A stretch of 64,000 nt of DNA from Eledone cirrhosa (GCA_964016885.1 OZ024741.1:217124001-217188000); one strand, 5' to 3'. Shown: positions 36,197 through 51,259, numbered from the stretch's first letter. Translations and numbers: made by a program. The notes: generated by a model not told the origin, from the letters alone.

Positions 36197-37259
36197 CTGT
36201 AACAAAAATACATAAGGATAAGTTAAAAGTTTTGATACAATCTGCGAAGAACTAGTGCGAAATAGTGTATGTATAAGTGTAAGTGTGTGTCTATATATGT
36301 GTAGGAGTTTGTAAGAGTGTATATATGTGTCTCTGTATACATGTGCGCTTATGCGTGTGTGTATCTGTATGTATGTGTGCATGTAAACATTTCCTTATAA
36401 GTATATTTGAGAAGTTATGTGTACATGTGTTTGTGTGTGTGAGTGAAGGTCTGTGTTTGAGTGTTTCTAAAGTGTTTATATTTATCTAAACACGTTCCGT
36501 CATAATTTTATGTAAGAACCTTTGTTAAATTATGTTCCAAACACCAGCTTAATTAATGAGAAAGTTGAATATATTAATAAAGTCGTCCAAATTCTTGATT
36601 ATTTTCAAAATCAGAATCAATTTCTAACACTGCAATGACTTCCTCAAGGAAGGATCTGTATTCAGACTCTAACTGACAGGAGACCCAGGGATAGACCTCG
36701 ACTAAAATGGTTGAGTAACGGCTATGAGTTCGATTGATCTTGCATGGTGACACAGACAGATCAATTGGAGATGGTTATTTCTGACAGGACACAGTGGAAG
36801 GAGTACTTGAGGACTCTGTCCCGTCCCACAACCCTCCAAGGAAAAAAAAGAAGACAGAAGAAAAGAAGAGGAAGATGATGATGATGATAATGATGAAGAA
36901 GGCAATATATTTTATTAGGATAACGAAAGAGTGTCATAAGAACAAATTGGACAATGTAGTTCTGGATATCCAGACGAGATGGTCATGATTGGAACATCTT
37001 GGATAACAGCCAATGAAAACATTCATCAACTCAATCAAGGCAGACCTGGGGTTAAACCAGAGGGAGTGTCCAAATGGTCGTTTGATATGGTAGAAAGAGT
37101 AGCCAAATCTTTCTTGTGTCACACCATACCGTCTTTAAAATACAGTATGTCTGAATAAAAGACAGGATGGTCACGGTTGCAATGCAGTAAGCCATATGTC
37201 TGCTGAATAAGGACTGACATGTGGTAAACTAAACAACACAAAGTGAACAAACTCTCAGA

Positions 37260-38025
37260 AAGAAGTCTTCTTGTGAACGTGACCTGGGCATTACTGTCAG
37301 CAGCGATTTATGTTGGACGAAGCACGTCTTTAAAATTGTCAAGAAGGCTGAGGGTGTCTTAGCATCACTCAGCAGTTTCTTTGTCAGCCACTCTCTAGCT
37401 ATCTATTTAAAGCTGTATATAGCTATGGTGCGGCCACACTTAGAATTTTCATCACCAGTCTGGAACCCCTATCTTGCTCAGAACATTGACTGCCTGGAAA
37501 CTGTTCAGAGACGTGCAACCAAGCGAATACCCTCCATCAAGCATCTACCATACTCTGAACGCCTTGCTTCCCTGGGCATGGATACACTGAAGCTCCAACG
37601 TCTGGCAACTGACTTGGTAAACACCCACAAAATTATTAACCATCTTGCCAACAACAACGCTGAGCACCTTTTTGATTTCCATGTGTCTAACACAAGTCGG
37701 CATGCCTACAAAGTCAGTAAACAGCACAGTTCCCATGACTTTCAGAAACATTTTTTCACGCTCAGAGTTGCTGAAGCTTGGAACAAACTACCTGCATCAG
37801 TTGTTAGCTGAGACACTGCATCCTTTAAAACCTCCATGCTTCCTGAGATTCGCTAATACTACACCTAATATTCTCCCTCCATACACACGCACACATGTAT
37901 ATCATGATTCATACACTATTCACTTCCCTGACATTTGTATATTATTCTATGTACTATACATGCACCTTTGATTAGTTGTAATGCACCTGAGCACTGAACA
38001 CAATATTTTCATTATTATTATTATT
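37260..38025 (+). mobile_element. CR1/L2-clade LINE 3' fragment
   Basis: VRPHLEFSSPVWNPY...LETVQRRATKRIP...YSERLASLG...FFTLRVAEAWNKLP, a typical CR1 C-terminus; (ATT)n tail. Confidence 0.88.
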
Positions 38026-38091
38026 TTAAAACCGAATCTTGCTGTTTCAAATCTCAGCTGTAACAGTCCTAACATGATAATGATGATAGTA

Positions 38092-38123
<32 letters not shown>

Positions 38124-39121
38124 AGGGATCCTCCATCGGTTTTAACGATGAGCATTCAATTGCTTGAGCCATTAACCCTTTAGCATTTAAACCGGCCATA
38201 TCCGGCCAGAACTGTCTCACTTCTTTCTGTTCAAACCAGCTGTAACTGGCCACTCATACCTACATTAAGGTATTGTTCTCGAAATAAATAGTATCAAAAT
38301 CTCATAAATTCGATATCATGTGAGATAATTATGTAAGATAAAGTGTTTACCATGAAAATACAATAGTAAATATCGAATAATGTAAATACTAAAGGGTTAA
38401 CACGAATTAATGTACAAGTGCTTGAATATTCCAGAGACACAAATTTAACAAAATTCTCAGGGAGATTCGACATGACACAATATATGTCAAGGCTGGACCT
38501 TTGAATTACAGGTACAATATATATCTTTTATTATAGTGTGATGGATTGGCAGTATCGGTAATGTACCAGTCACGCACTGGAGTCGATTAATCGACTTTCC
38601 CCTCCACCAAAATTGTTGGCCTTGTGCCTAAATCAGAAACCATACAGGGCAGTGGATTGGCATGCTCTGCGGCATAGAGTTACGTCCCTTTACGTTGTGG
38701 GTTCACATCCCACCGAGATTAGCTTTGCATTTCATCCTTACGAGGTCGATAAAACAAAGTCAAGATTGTAGGCCTTGTGCCTAAATCGGAAACCATTATA
38801 GTGGATGTGGTTAGGTCACAGACACGTGTACTTTTAATGTAACGAAACCGTGTTTGCAGAATACTCAGCTACTTACACTATAATACGAAGCTGACTGTAC
38901 CTGTGTTACACTGAATCTCCCTGAGAACTACGTTAAAGGTACACGTGTCTGTGGAATAAATAGCCACTTACACAAAATAGGTCTAGCCTTGTCACACGCT
39001 GTGTTACGCTGAATCTCCCTGAGAACTAGATTAAAGGTACACGTGTCTGTGACATACTCAACACTCGGGCCCCTATGATTCCATCAAGTGTTACGGGTCC
39101 ATACATACATATATCTGCATA

Positions 39122-39225
39122 TATAGTGTCCTCAAAAATGTATACACACTTTGATTACCTGTACAGGCAATATTTATTAGAATGCTGTTGAAGTGTGTAT
39201 ATATTTTTGGAGGACAACCTGTATT
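39122..39225. mobile_element. Small Tc1/mariner-type MITE
   Basis: Imperfect TIRs gtcctcaaaaatgtatacacactt / aagtgtgtatatatttttggaggac. Relatives at 58496-58570 and 59923-60003. Confidence 0.6.
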
Positions 39226-39623
39226 CATTGATATAGTGTATAGTATATTTCAATTTTTTTTTTTTTTTAAGAGCGAGCGAGGAAGAGAAGAGAGCGAGAG
39301 AGACGGAGAAAGAGGAGACAGAGACGGAGACAGACAAACGGACAAGAGAGACACAACAGAGAGAGAAAGAGACATAGACAGAGAGAAAAAAAAGAGAAAG
39401 ACAGAGGAGGAGAGGGGGCATTGTTAAAAATTATAATTGTTTCTACTTTTGGCACAAGGCCAGTAATTATCCAGTACATTACTTATACTTTATTTTATCG
39501 ACCCCGTATGGATGAAAGGCACAGTTAACCTTGGCAAGATTTGAACTCAGAACGTAAAGGGTATTATTTACAATTATATCACACATGATAGCAAACTCGG
39601 TTTTGTCGCCTCTTAAAACTCAC

Positions 39624-39728
39624 CTCACATATTTCTTCCGTGACGACTTTCTGTACTAGTTGGTCGAACCGAGTCGTTCCAACCGTGACAAACACTACTT
39701 TGCCCTTGGTCTTCGTCTTGCTAGCCAT
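39624..39728 (-). CDS. ALG13: ALG13 (UDP-GlcNAc transferase catalytic subunit) coding exon 1
   Basis: Translates as MASKTKTKGKVVFVTVGTTRFDQLVQKVVTEEICE, with the ALG13 N-terminal FVTVGTT-x-FD motif. 105 nt, followed by a GTGAGT donor (phase 0). Confidence 0.93.
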
Positions 39729-39946
39729 TTCTCTAGTAACATTTCCCAAAAAGAATTCAGTCAGAATTAAGAGAGGGCGGGATGGGGAAGAAATTAAAAA
39801 AACGTCAACAAAGATTGAATGTAAAACTATAATTGAACTTCTGAAACGAAATACGAAGTAGCACTATCGTTTAGCACTTTATTTTCGTACTTTTGTTTGT
39901 AAATAAATTGTGAGTATGTTATGTATTACATTTTTGTGTGTCTGTA

Positions 39947-39992
<46 letters not shown>

Positions 39993-40075
39993 ATAATAAT
40001 AAATTTGAAGACTAAAATCCAAAGAGGGCTCGATAAGGATAAATATATATCAAATATATAAGAACCGTAGAGCAA

Positions 40076-41140
40076 ATATTTATTAAAATAACAGATTAAA
40101 GTTTAAGCAAAGAATCGCTGCTTTCACCCTTAACGGGATCTTCTGAAACTAACAAAGTCAATCTGTAAACGCAGAAGTGGATATTTCAAAAAACGTTGCA
40201 ACCGGAGGAAGACAGGAAGACGATACTTTGGTTCGTGGGAACGTTCCCTGGCAAAGAACGGGAAAAAGCGAATATAATTGTTTCTATTTTAGGCACAAGG
40301 CCAGCAAATACCCAGTACATTACTGGTACTTTATTTTATCGACCCCGTAAGGATGAAAGGCAAAGTTAACCTCGGCGAGATTTTGAACTCAGATCTTAAA
40401 GGGACGTAACTCTATGCTTCAAAGCATGGTGTCCGACCCTCTACCGATACTGCCAATCCAAATAGGAGCGGTGAAAAACAATTACACGCAAAGACAGGAC
40501 CACGTTTATGGTATAAAAGAAGTCGTAGACTAATGTTCTCTTAGGTGGTCCATAGAGACGTTCTCTGGCAATGAACGAAAAAAACGAAGATAATACGTCA
40601 TATGTGGTGCATAGAGAACAATTGCACGCAAAGACAAAACCACGTAAATGGTATAGCTGAAGTCGTAGACTAAAAATTCTATCTAGGAAACCGAATGATT
40701 CTCCGCTTCAGAGTTAAGAATAAAGTAAATAAAATACAATACAGAGGTAATTGAAATGAAATAAATACATACACGCGTACATACACAAGCATACGCGGAC
40801 GTATTATCTTCGTTTTTTCCGTTCATTGCCAGAGAACTTCTCTATGAACCACCTAAGAGAACATTAGTTTACGACTTCTTTTATACCATAAACGTGGTCC
40901 TGTCTTTGCGTTTTTCACCGCTCCTATTAATGACGTATTATATTCCTTTTTTTCCCGTTCTTTGCCAGGGAACGTTTCCACGAACCAAAGTATCGTCTTC
41001 CTGTCTTCCTCCGGTTGCAACGTTTTTTGAAATATCCACTTCTGCGTTTACAGATTGACTTTGTTAGTTTCAGAAGATCCCGTTAAGGGTGAAAGCAGCG
41101 ATTCTTTGCTTAAACTTTAATCTGTTATTTTAATAAATAT
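40076..41140. mobile_element. Large foldback element (arms ~340 bp) with mirrored hammerhead-like motifs; SINE inserted in the left arm
   Basis: Left arm 40076-40599 (minus the SINE at 40277-40460) is the reverse complement of 40798-41140. Motif AGTTT-CAGAAGA-TCCCGTTAAGGGT-GAAA-GCAG...TTGC-TT-AAACT at 41066-41116. Confidence 0.75.
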
Positions 41141-41299
41141 ACATATATATATATATACACCCTTGCCTTCCCGGGCCCATACACCCCTCTCATTTTCTAA
41201 TATTCTGTTTTTTAATACGATCTGTGTAAATTCCACTCTAGAGTTATTTAAGAGATTAGTGCGACGATGCTCTCGGAGAGGCTCTAGGCGTAGACAAAA

Positions 41300-42148
41300 T
41301 CGAACTGACCAGTCAGTTCCGGAGGACCTTCGGACCAGGGACTATGGATAACTTCCAGAAATCCCTCGCTTGGCAGTGCTATTTGGTGGGTGGGGTACTG
41401 CCTGTTCGAAATAAACTCTACAGGCACAAGTGTGGTCAGGCAGACCTGCTTGAGATGCGCGCTGATCGACGAAACTGGTCTGCAGGCACTCGTCTAGTGT
41501 CTGTGCATAACTGACTTGTGGAGTTATGTCGAGCAGCTGTTATCACCTGTGGAACGGATCCAACTATCGAACGAATCCATTGTGAGGATCGCCCCGCCAC
41601 CTTCTTTTGGCCGGGAAGGGTAGTTAGTTATCCTCTGCCTTGTGGTTGTAACGAAAGAGATTGTGTGGTAAATGAGGCTGAAAGGACTGAAGACAGATAC
41701 TTCCTCTTCGGTCAAGCTCTCATCAACTTTTTCGAGTTTCATTAGGAAAGGGAAGTGAGGGTGGAGAGGGGCGTGTTGCCTCCCCGGTACATTTGTTAAA
41801 AGGTGGGCGAATGTAGCGAGGATGACCCGTATGAATGGGTCTACTCAAGGCATGTGCCCGTAGGCTGGTTGATTTGAAGAGGAGAGACGTGCCTTCTCCT
41901 GGTGCTCTTGGAGCATCGGGTGGTTCAGGATTGGTGGGGTTTCTGAGCACACACACACACACACACACCACCCACCCTCCCAAAAAAAATTGGAGAATAT
42001 ATATTGTTATAATATTCTTGTTTATTGTTATTGTTGTATATATTTTTTACTCTATTTTATTGTAGACCCCCCCCCCCACACACACACAGTCCCTGTCTAT
42101 TGTACTGTCCCCTATATGTAGGCTCTTGTAGACAATAAAGAAATTATT
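41300..42148 (+). mobile_element. Tx1/L1-clade LINE 3' fragment
   Basis: Homologous to the ORF2 C-terminus and 3' UTR of 12900-13700 (GTMDNFQKSLAWQC, CLRC); ends CAATAAAGAAAT. Confidence 0.85.
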
Positions 42149-42628
42149 CTGCTGAGCATCGGACACCATGATTCGCGACATAGAGTTACGGTCCTTTACG
42201 ATCTGAGTTCAAATCCCGCTGAGGTTAGCTTTGCCTTTCATCCTTACGGTGTCGATAAAAAAAAAGTAGCAGTGATGCTACGATTTAATTGACTTTACCC
42301 TCCCTTAAAATTGCTGGCCTTGTGCCTAAATCAGACACCATTATTATCATTATGATAGATACACTATAGCTGAAAACTATAAAAAGAAGGAATGGTCACG
42401 ACTAGGATGTCTTTGTGTATACATGTTTGTTTTAGTGGAGTGCTCCAATAACAAGCGATACTAATATTACATCAGAGCAACGTAGTTACCTCCCTTACAT
42501 TAGCCACAAATTATTAGGGTTCACCACACTTGCTTATTTCTCTACTACTTGTATTTTAATATTGACGAGGGACTCGAGGGCAATCTCCTTCAAATCATGG
42601 CATACCTTTTAGCCAAACACTGTTATTT

Positions 42629-42684
42629 ACTGCTATATATATTTCGATGATAGCCATTGAATGGCTATGACCTCATCAGGCAGT
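42629..42684 (-). ncRNA. Canonical type I hammerhead ribozyme motif
   Basis: Minus strand ACTGC-CTGATGA-GGTCATAGCCATTCAATGGCTATCATC-GAAATATATATA-GCAGT: 5-bp stem I, 11-bp stem II with one C.C mismatch, palindromic stem III. Confidence 0.8.
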
Positions 42685-43346
42685 TAGTCAGTTCTTAGAT
42701 ATGCCAGCTCTGTGTTTATAGTGTTGATGGTATCAGAGCCTTGGGACATATATATACACTATATTAATTGTTTCTACTTTTGGCACAAGGCCAGCAATTA
42801 TCCAGTGCATTACTGGTACTTTATTTTATTGACCCCGTAAGGATGAAAGGCAAAGTTAACCTCGGCGGGATTAATATATTAATAAATGGGAACTATATTT
42901 ATAAAACCATAATTATTTTATTATATATATTTCAAGGCCAACCAAGGTAAATTATGGTGCGCTTTAATCAGATAAAATACAGATTTGTTTTATAAATAAA
43001 TATTGACATACCCGGAAAAAAGACAACTTCAACGGTTGAAATTCACTATCCAGCAAAATATATATAATAAAATAATTATGGTTTTATAAATATAGTTTCC
43101 ATTTATTAATATATTGTATATTTACTCCGCTAAACTGTTGAGTGCTTTATATCAGTTATAAAAAATGTTTAAGCTTGTTGAATCCCAACAAATTAAATAT
43201 AACCTCTGCATATATATATATATATATATAGAAAAGATGAATATAAAATGAAAGTGCTTTTATAAAGGAATTTATTAGGTATTGACATATGTTTCTGTAA
43301 CAGACAGAATACCTATGTATTGCTGCTTGCGTAATATATATATATA

Positions 43347-44746
<1,400 letters not shown>

Positions 44747-45214
44747 GAACACTGGAAGGTAATATCTGTAGTGGTAGAGTACTCAATCCATGGGACGAGT
44801 TTGGTAGAAGTAGTAACCACTAAGATGAAACAATTGTTCTTGGTATGGTGATCTAACTGTTGAGTTACTACTTCTATATATATATATGTGTGTGTGTGTA
44901 TGTAAAGGTAAGCAGAAATAACGACACAATCGGTACAGTATATGGAAGGAATATATTAGGTTAACGCTTGAAATAGCAGGAAGAGGGTCTTAACGTTTCA
45001 AACGCAGGTCCTTCGTCAGAAGAAAGAATGAGAAATAAGATAGATTGTTGGGACAGGCGGGGTGGAATTGGAAAAAATGTCTTGCATGTTGAAGGTACTA
45101 AGGTGGGCGTGAAAGATAGACGGGTGGGTAGAAGGTTGAGTAAAAGGTTACAGTAGAGGAAAAGTGATAGAGAGGCGTGGTATATTTAAATGCTTATATA
45201 TATATAAATATATA

Positions 45215-46380
45215 TTTTGTTTCTGAATTTGTTTAGCAAGATTCTTTATCTGAAAACGTGTGTTGAAACCGATATTGTTATACTTTGGGAGGGTCATGTT
45301 GCCAATAAGAAACACACGCACCAGTTGCTTTCACTCCAATTTATTATAAATTAAATTATAAATTTAAAAAAAAAATAGAATAAAAAAAATGGAATAGAAT
45401 AGAAAGAACTAGGAATAAGGTTAATAGAATAAACTCATGGAATGATAGCAATAAATACCAGAGTGTAATGTTCATCAATATAACCCCTAGAGGTGAATTA
45501 GCTTACAAATTTAGAAGGGCCCTAGATAAACTTAAACAAATATTAAGATAGTAGAAAGACCAGGTACCTCCATAAAAACACTTATTAGTAATACATACCC
45601 TTTTCAAAGACCTCCCTGTATAGATCAGAAATGCATAATCTGTAAACTAAACGCCCATATTAACTGTAAAACTAGAAACATAGTATATAGCATAAGATGT
45701 ACTGAAGGACAATGTAAAGATAAGAATATAGTGTACATAGGTGAGACAGCTCGTAGTATAGGAGAACAGATAAATGAACACTGGCAAGTGCTTCAAGATA
45801 GAAAAGAATCATCAGTATTCCACCAACATGCTAAAATAGAACATAAGGGCAAATTAGAGAACATAGAAATAAAAATAAAATCTACACACAGAAAATACGC
45901 AATGTTTAGACAAATCACAGAGGCAATAAACATAAATGAACTCCAACCAAAATTAAATAGAAAACATGAATGGAATAGCAACATCACAACTTACAATTAA
46001 GGACAAAATGAAAACACACACACATAGAACAAACAACCAACCAGTAACATGTAAATAAACAAATAAATAAACAAATAAAAACACACACAGACACCCGGGT
46101 GTAACACATGCGCAAACTAAGCACACAACACACACAAAAACAAGATGGCGTAGGACAGAACAAAGGAGAGGCACAAAACAAAGAAAAGAATCCCAATCAC
46201 TGAAGAGGTCACAGAATGTGTGACGAAAGAACTTTGACAATATATGAACAACCGTCCGGTTGTAAAACCAACCAACCAACCGGAAATTTATAATTTAATT
46301 TATAATAAATTGGAGTGAAAGCAACTGGTGCGTGTGTTTCGTATTGGCAACATGACCCTCCCAAAGTATAACAATATAAA
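45215..46380 (+). mobile_element. 5'-truncated Penelope-like element: GIY-YIG fragment, hammerhead and inverted terminal copy
   Basis: CIICK...NCKTRNIVYSIRC...YIGETARS...EH (GIY-YIG). Hammerhead TCA-CTGAAGA-GGTCACAGAATGTGTGAC-GAAAGAACTT-TGA at 46197-46237. 45272-45365 is the reverse complement of 46284-46377. Confidence 0.85.
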
Positions 46381-46820
46381 TATATATATATATATCTCGT
46401 AGATATATATATATATATCTACGAGATATATATATATTACTCTGTTCAGGCCATATGTACATACACACACATGCACATTCGCATATGCACACATATAAGC
46501 TCTGATTTAAATCCTATGATGTGATGTTTGGCCGATTGTCGGACTTCATGATGAATTGCAGCCTCCCTTTTTTAACTCTTTTTTTTTTGTTTTTTTCGTC
46601 GTTCTTTTTGCGTTTATATTTGTATATATTATGTGTTTGTGTTTTCGTTCTGTCAGCATTTAAAATACTAATTTTGTTCCACTCTATGTTTTCCTCCCTA
46701 TCTTTCTATCTCTAAGTACATAAACACATTGAACTTAAATTTTCTCTCTTGCAATTTCTCTTCAAGTAACTCTAGATATATGTTTTTTCTTATATATTAT
46801 TTTTAAAATATATAGGAGAT

Positions 46821-46859
<39 letters not shown>

Positions 46860-46907
46860 TTAAACCTATTTGATACAATCATATAGTTACTTCCTACTAG
46901 TGTTATA

Positions 46908-47101
46908 CAGGTAAAATTCCGTTATAATGAATACCATTAAAACGAATTTTTCAGAATAACAAAAATTTTTTCAATCCCCACCCACAAGCTAGATCTGTTT
47001 TGATCAATCTCGTTATAAATAATTTTTCGTTAGAAAGAATTTTTCGTTACGACAAATTTTTTTTTATACTCCGTGAATTTCGTTATAACGGAATTTCTCT
47101 G
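46908..47101. mobile_element. pogo/Tigger-type MITE
   Basis: TA-CAGGTAAAATTCCGTTATAA...CGTTATAACGGAATTTCTCTG-TA with internal cgttata repeats. Followed by a mariner-like TIR fragment at 47106-47165. Confidence 0.65.
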
Positions 47102-47323
47102 TATATGAGGTGGTATCAAAAAGTTTCAGGACTAGTTCTGTAACGTGCCAACAGATGGCAACACATGGAAATGGAAATTCGGGAATCGTCTGCTATTGAT
47201 ATAACACCAAATTAGCAGACGGTCCCTATTTCCCCTATTTTCTATTTTCAATTTCTTTGTATCTTCTATCTCCTATTCTCTGTTTAGGTTCAACAAAATC
47301 CTATTATAGAATTCTGCAAATAA

Positions 47324-47394
47324 CACCTGATGAAAGCGTCTAGTCTTACATCATAATCAGAAGACAGAGCTGGGTCATCGAAATAAGTATTGTG
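47324..47394 (+). ncRNA. Hammerhead-like motif with long stem II
   Basis: CAC-CTGATGA-(46 nt with a TCT-GTCTT/AAGAC-AGA helix)-GAAATAAGTATT-GTG; stem I can extend to GCAAA/TTTGC. Confidence 0.5.
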
Positions 47395-47454
47395 CTTTTG
47401 CAAAATTAAAATTCTAAAGTAAATTTTCCAGTCGGCTTTCTGTTGTTGTTTTAA

Positions 47455-50400
47455 TGAATTCTTCCCTCAAAATGAAAGGCAGATTGTATGAAGCTTGTGT
47501 ACAAAACGCAATGCTACATGGAAGTGAGACCTGGGCATTATGTGCAGAAAGCCTACATACTCTGATGGATGTGTGATAGTAAAGTGCATGAATAACAAAG
47601 CATCAGTGAAGTGAAAGAGAAACTAGACATAAGAGGAATCAGATGCAATGTAGAGGGGAGGAGATTGTGGTGGTTTGGACATGTGATGCATATGGAGGAT
47701 GACAGAGATATAATGAGGTGTAGGGCACTCAAAGTTGATAGTATCTATGGAAGAGGATGACTTAGGAAAACTTGGAATCGAGTGATAAAGGCTGACCTTG
47801 CCCAATTAAAACCTCCCAAAAGAGATGACATAGGATCAAGATCTCTGGTGTCATGCTGTACTGCAGAAGTCCCACCCTCCCATGGGCACAAAATGAAATG
47901 AAAGAAATATGTAGAGAACACACTGGTGTGTACCAATCTTTTCTTCACCCTTCCCTTGTCTTAATATCTCCCCCACCCTCACCAGCTAAATATCCAATGC
48001 ACCTTGTCAATGTTGACCTTGCTTACTTGTACCCTTGCCCTGTTACACCTCACCTGCCCAACCCATACATACAAGCATTAAAGCTTCACATGCTCTACAT
48101 CTGATCTCCCACATGATAAAAACACTAAGTCAACCCTGTATGCTGATCTGGCACCACAACAACAAAAGCACCCAGTCCACCCTGTAAGGTGGTTGTGCTG
48201 GTGACTCAATAAAATGCATCTTGCCGACCCTGTATGGGTGGTCTAGGAAATGAGGATCAGAGATGTGAAGTGTTCCACATTGCAAGGCAGTGTGTCAGTG
48301 TGAATAGAGATGTTGTTGGGGGAAAATGTGTTAGAAATGACATTGGTGCACTTAGCACCATTGATGCTCAAAAGAAAGAGGTCTGGAAATGTTACTATGA
48401 GAGGGTGATAAATGTAGGGAATGACTGGGAGGAAAAGAGACTACCCCCAATTTACCCAACAGAAGGACGAGCTATTGAAGTTAACAATTATAGGGTCAAA
48501 TAAGCAATCAAAGAGATGAAGAACGGTAAAGTTTGCAAGGCCATCAGAGATAGTTGCCAAGATGCTAAAAGCATGCAGAGAAGTAGTAACCTACAAAATC
48601 AATCAGGTGATACAAGATGGAGTCATATCCAATGACTGGCACAGCAGTACAATCATAAATTGCTACAAGGGTAAAGGTGATGCCCTAGAAAGCAGCAACT
48701 ATGGAATAAAACTAATGGACCAAGTTATGAAAGTAATAGAAAGAGTTATAGCACAGCTAATTAGGGAAAGAGTCAAATGAGTTTAGTTTCATGCCTGGGA
48801 AAAGTTTTACATATGCCCTTTTCTTGGTGAGACAACTACAAGAGAAGTTCCTAGCCAAAAATAAGCTGCTATATTTAGTTTTTGTTCATCTAGAAAAAGC
48901 CTTTGACAAAGTACCTGGTGGTCCTTAAAAAATTAGATGTAGAAGAATGGCTTGTGAGAGCAGTGCAAGCCATGTACAGAGGAGCTGTCAGTAAAGTGAG
49001 CATAGGAAGTTCTTCAGGTCATAACAGAGGAGTTGAAGACTGGCTGTCTATGGGGATTTCTCTATGCGGTTGATCTGGTCCTTATAGATTAATCCATAAA
49101 AGAATTAGAGAATAAGTTCCGACTATGGCAACAGAATTTGGAATCCAAAGGTCTGAGAGTTAACTTAGTTAAAACTAAAGTGTTAGTAAGTCAGAAAGAA
49201 GATAGGACCTTGATTCCTTCATGGAGGGTCCATAGAAATGGTTGATAACTTCTACTATCTAGGTGAAACATGGGCAGTGACTGCAGAGGACATGCATAGA
49301 CTGGAGAGAAATGAAGGAACCATGCTTTGCTGGATGTGCAATGTAGATATGAGAGAAAGGCAGAGCTTGAATGGTCTGAGGGATAAATTGGGGTCAAGAG
49401 GAATCCAAAGTGGTGTGCATAAGAGAAGATTGCATTAGTACGGACATGTGATGTGCATGGATAATGATCACTGGGTGGAGAAGTGCCAGGAAATACCAGT
49501 GGAAGGAAGCCATAGTAGAGGTAGAGCCAGAAAGACCTGGGCAGAGGTGGTGAGAATTGATCTCAAATCACTGAGACTCACAGAGGAGATGATGAAGGAA
49601 CGGTACGAGTGGAGGGACACTGTGCTGAAGAGGACCCCTCCAAGCCTGGTAAAACAGATGTAGAAACTCCAATGGTAATAATGATGATCATCGTCACTGT
49701 TTTATGTCCATTCTTCCACGCTAGCATGGGTTAGACGAGTTGTCCTGTTGTGAGCAATGCCAGGTCAGGTGAGAGAAAGACACATAATAGATTATTTTGG
49801 ACATAGATTATTTCTCTGCCCCAAATGCAAACAATGGGTACACAAGAGATGTAGCGGGATTTCAGGAAGCTTAATTAAGAATGTAGGCTTCACATGTAGC
49901 AGCTGTGCTGGGACAGCAAGCAGCAAACAGCCACAGGAAACAAGTACCACCAATCTCTGGGAGGGCTCTGTAGAAACAGTAGAGAGCTTCTGCTACTTAG
50001 GTGACCGGATTAGCAGCGGTGGTGGGTGTTCAGAAAGTACAATAACTAGGGTAAGAATGGGATGGAAGAACTTCAGGGAGCTACTGCCACTGCTAGCTGC
50101 AAAAGGCTTTTCCCTCAAAATGAAAACCTGATTGTATGATGCGTATATACGAACAGCAATGTTACATGGTAGTGAGACCTGGGCACTGAATGTGGAAGAC
50201 TTGCGTAGATTAGAAAGAAACAAAGCCTGCATGCTCCGATGGATGTGTAATAGTAATATACGTGAACGGCAAAGCATAAATGAATTGAGAGAGAGACTGA
50301 GCATAAGAGGAATCAAATACTGTGTGCAGGAGAGGCGGTTGCGTTGGTATGGACATGTGATGTGTATGAAGGATGACAGCTGCATAAAAAGGTGCAGAGC

Positions 50401-50885
50401 ACTAGAAGTCAATGGAAACCGCGGAGTGAGGAGACCCAAGAAGTCCTGGGATGAGGTGATAAAAGCCGACCTTACCCAATTACACCTCTCAAAGGCGATG
50501 ACACACGACCGTGACCTCTGGTGTCACGCAGTAATACAGAATACCCGACCCCCCACGGGTACAAGCCGAAGCTGAAGCATATAGACAATATGCCCCCACA
50601 CCCTCCCACTGCAAAGTGGTCGTGGAGATGCCACGGCAAAAAAGCACCCAGCTCACACTGTAAAGTGGACGTGTAGGCCCCGCGGAAAAAAAAAAGCACC
50701 CAGCACTCACTGTAAATGAAGTTGGTGTTAGGAAGGGCATCCAGCTGTAGAAATCAAGCCAGAATCAGTTCCCGTATGAGCAAGACAAGGTCAGCCGACT
50801 GGACACTGCCCACAACAGGACAACCCGTCTAACCCATGCTAGTGTGGAAGAATGGACGTAAAACAGTAATGATGATGATGACGAT
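47455..50885 (+). mobile_element. Cluster of decayed RTE LINE fragments (47455-47900, 48230-49680, 49810-50885)
   Basis: Multiple RTE ORF remnants (YKGKGDAL, LHGSETW, RRLRWYGHV) with 3' UTRs. Confidence 0.88.
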
Positions 50886-51259
50886 GAATAGGGAGTAAAG
50901 TACCACCCTGGTAAAGTAGATAAAAAACTACGGATGAAGTGGTATATACAAATTAAATAAAAGAATAAATCAAATTGTACAAACCTCCATTATAACAATA
51001 GGTTATGTGCTTTACCTGGGAGCTATTTTACTATTTTATCCCCTATTATCCAACAATTTATTATGTGTCTTTCTCTCATTACTATGATTTATATAGAACT
51101 TTGTCTCTTCCTGGAGCTCTTTGCTTGTCTTGCATCTAATACGTTTTGAGCACATTGTCCCCTTCATTACTGGCATATAATTCTCATAACTGATCTCTTA
51201 TTTCTCCTCCTTGATTAGTTTGTATGCATCATTTTGATATATATATATATATATATATA

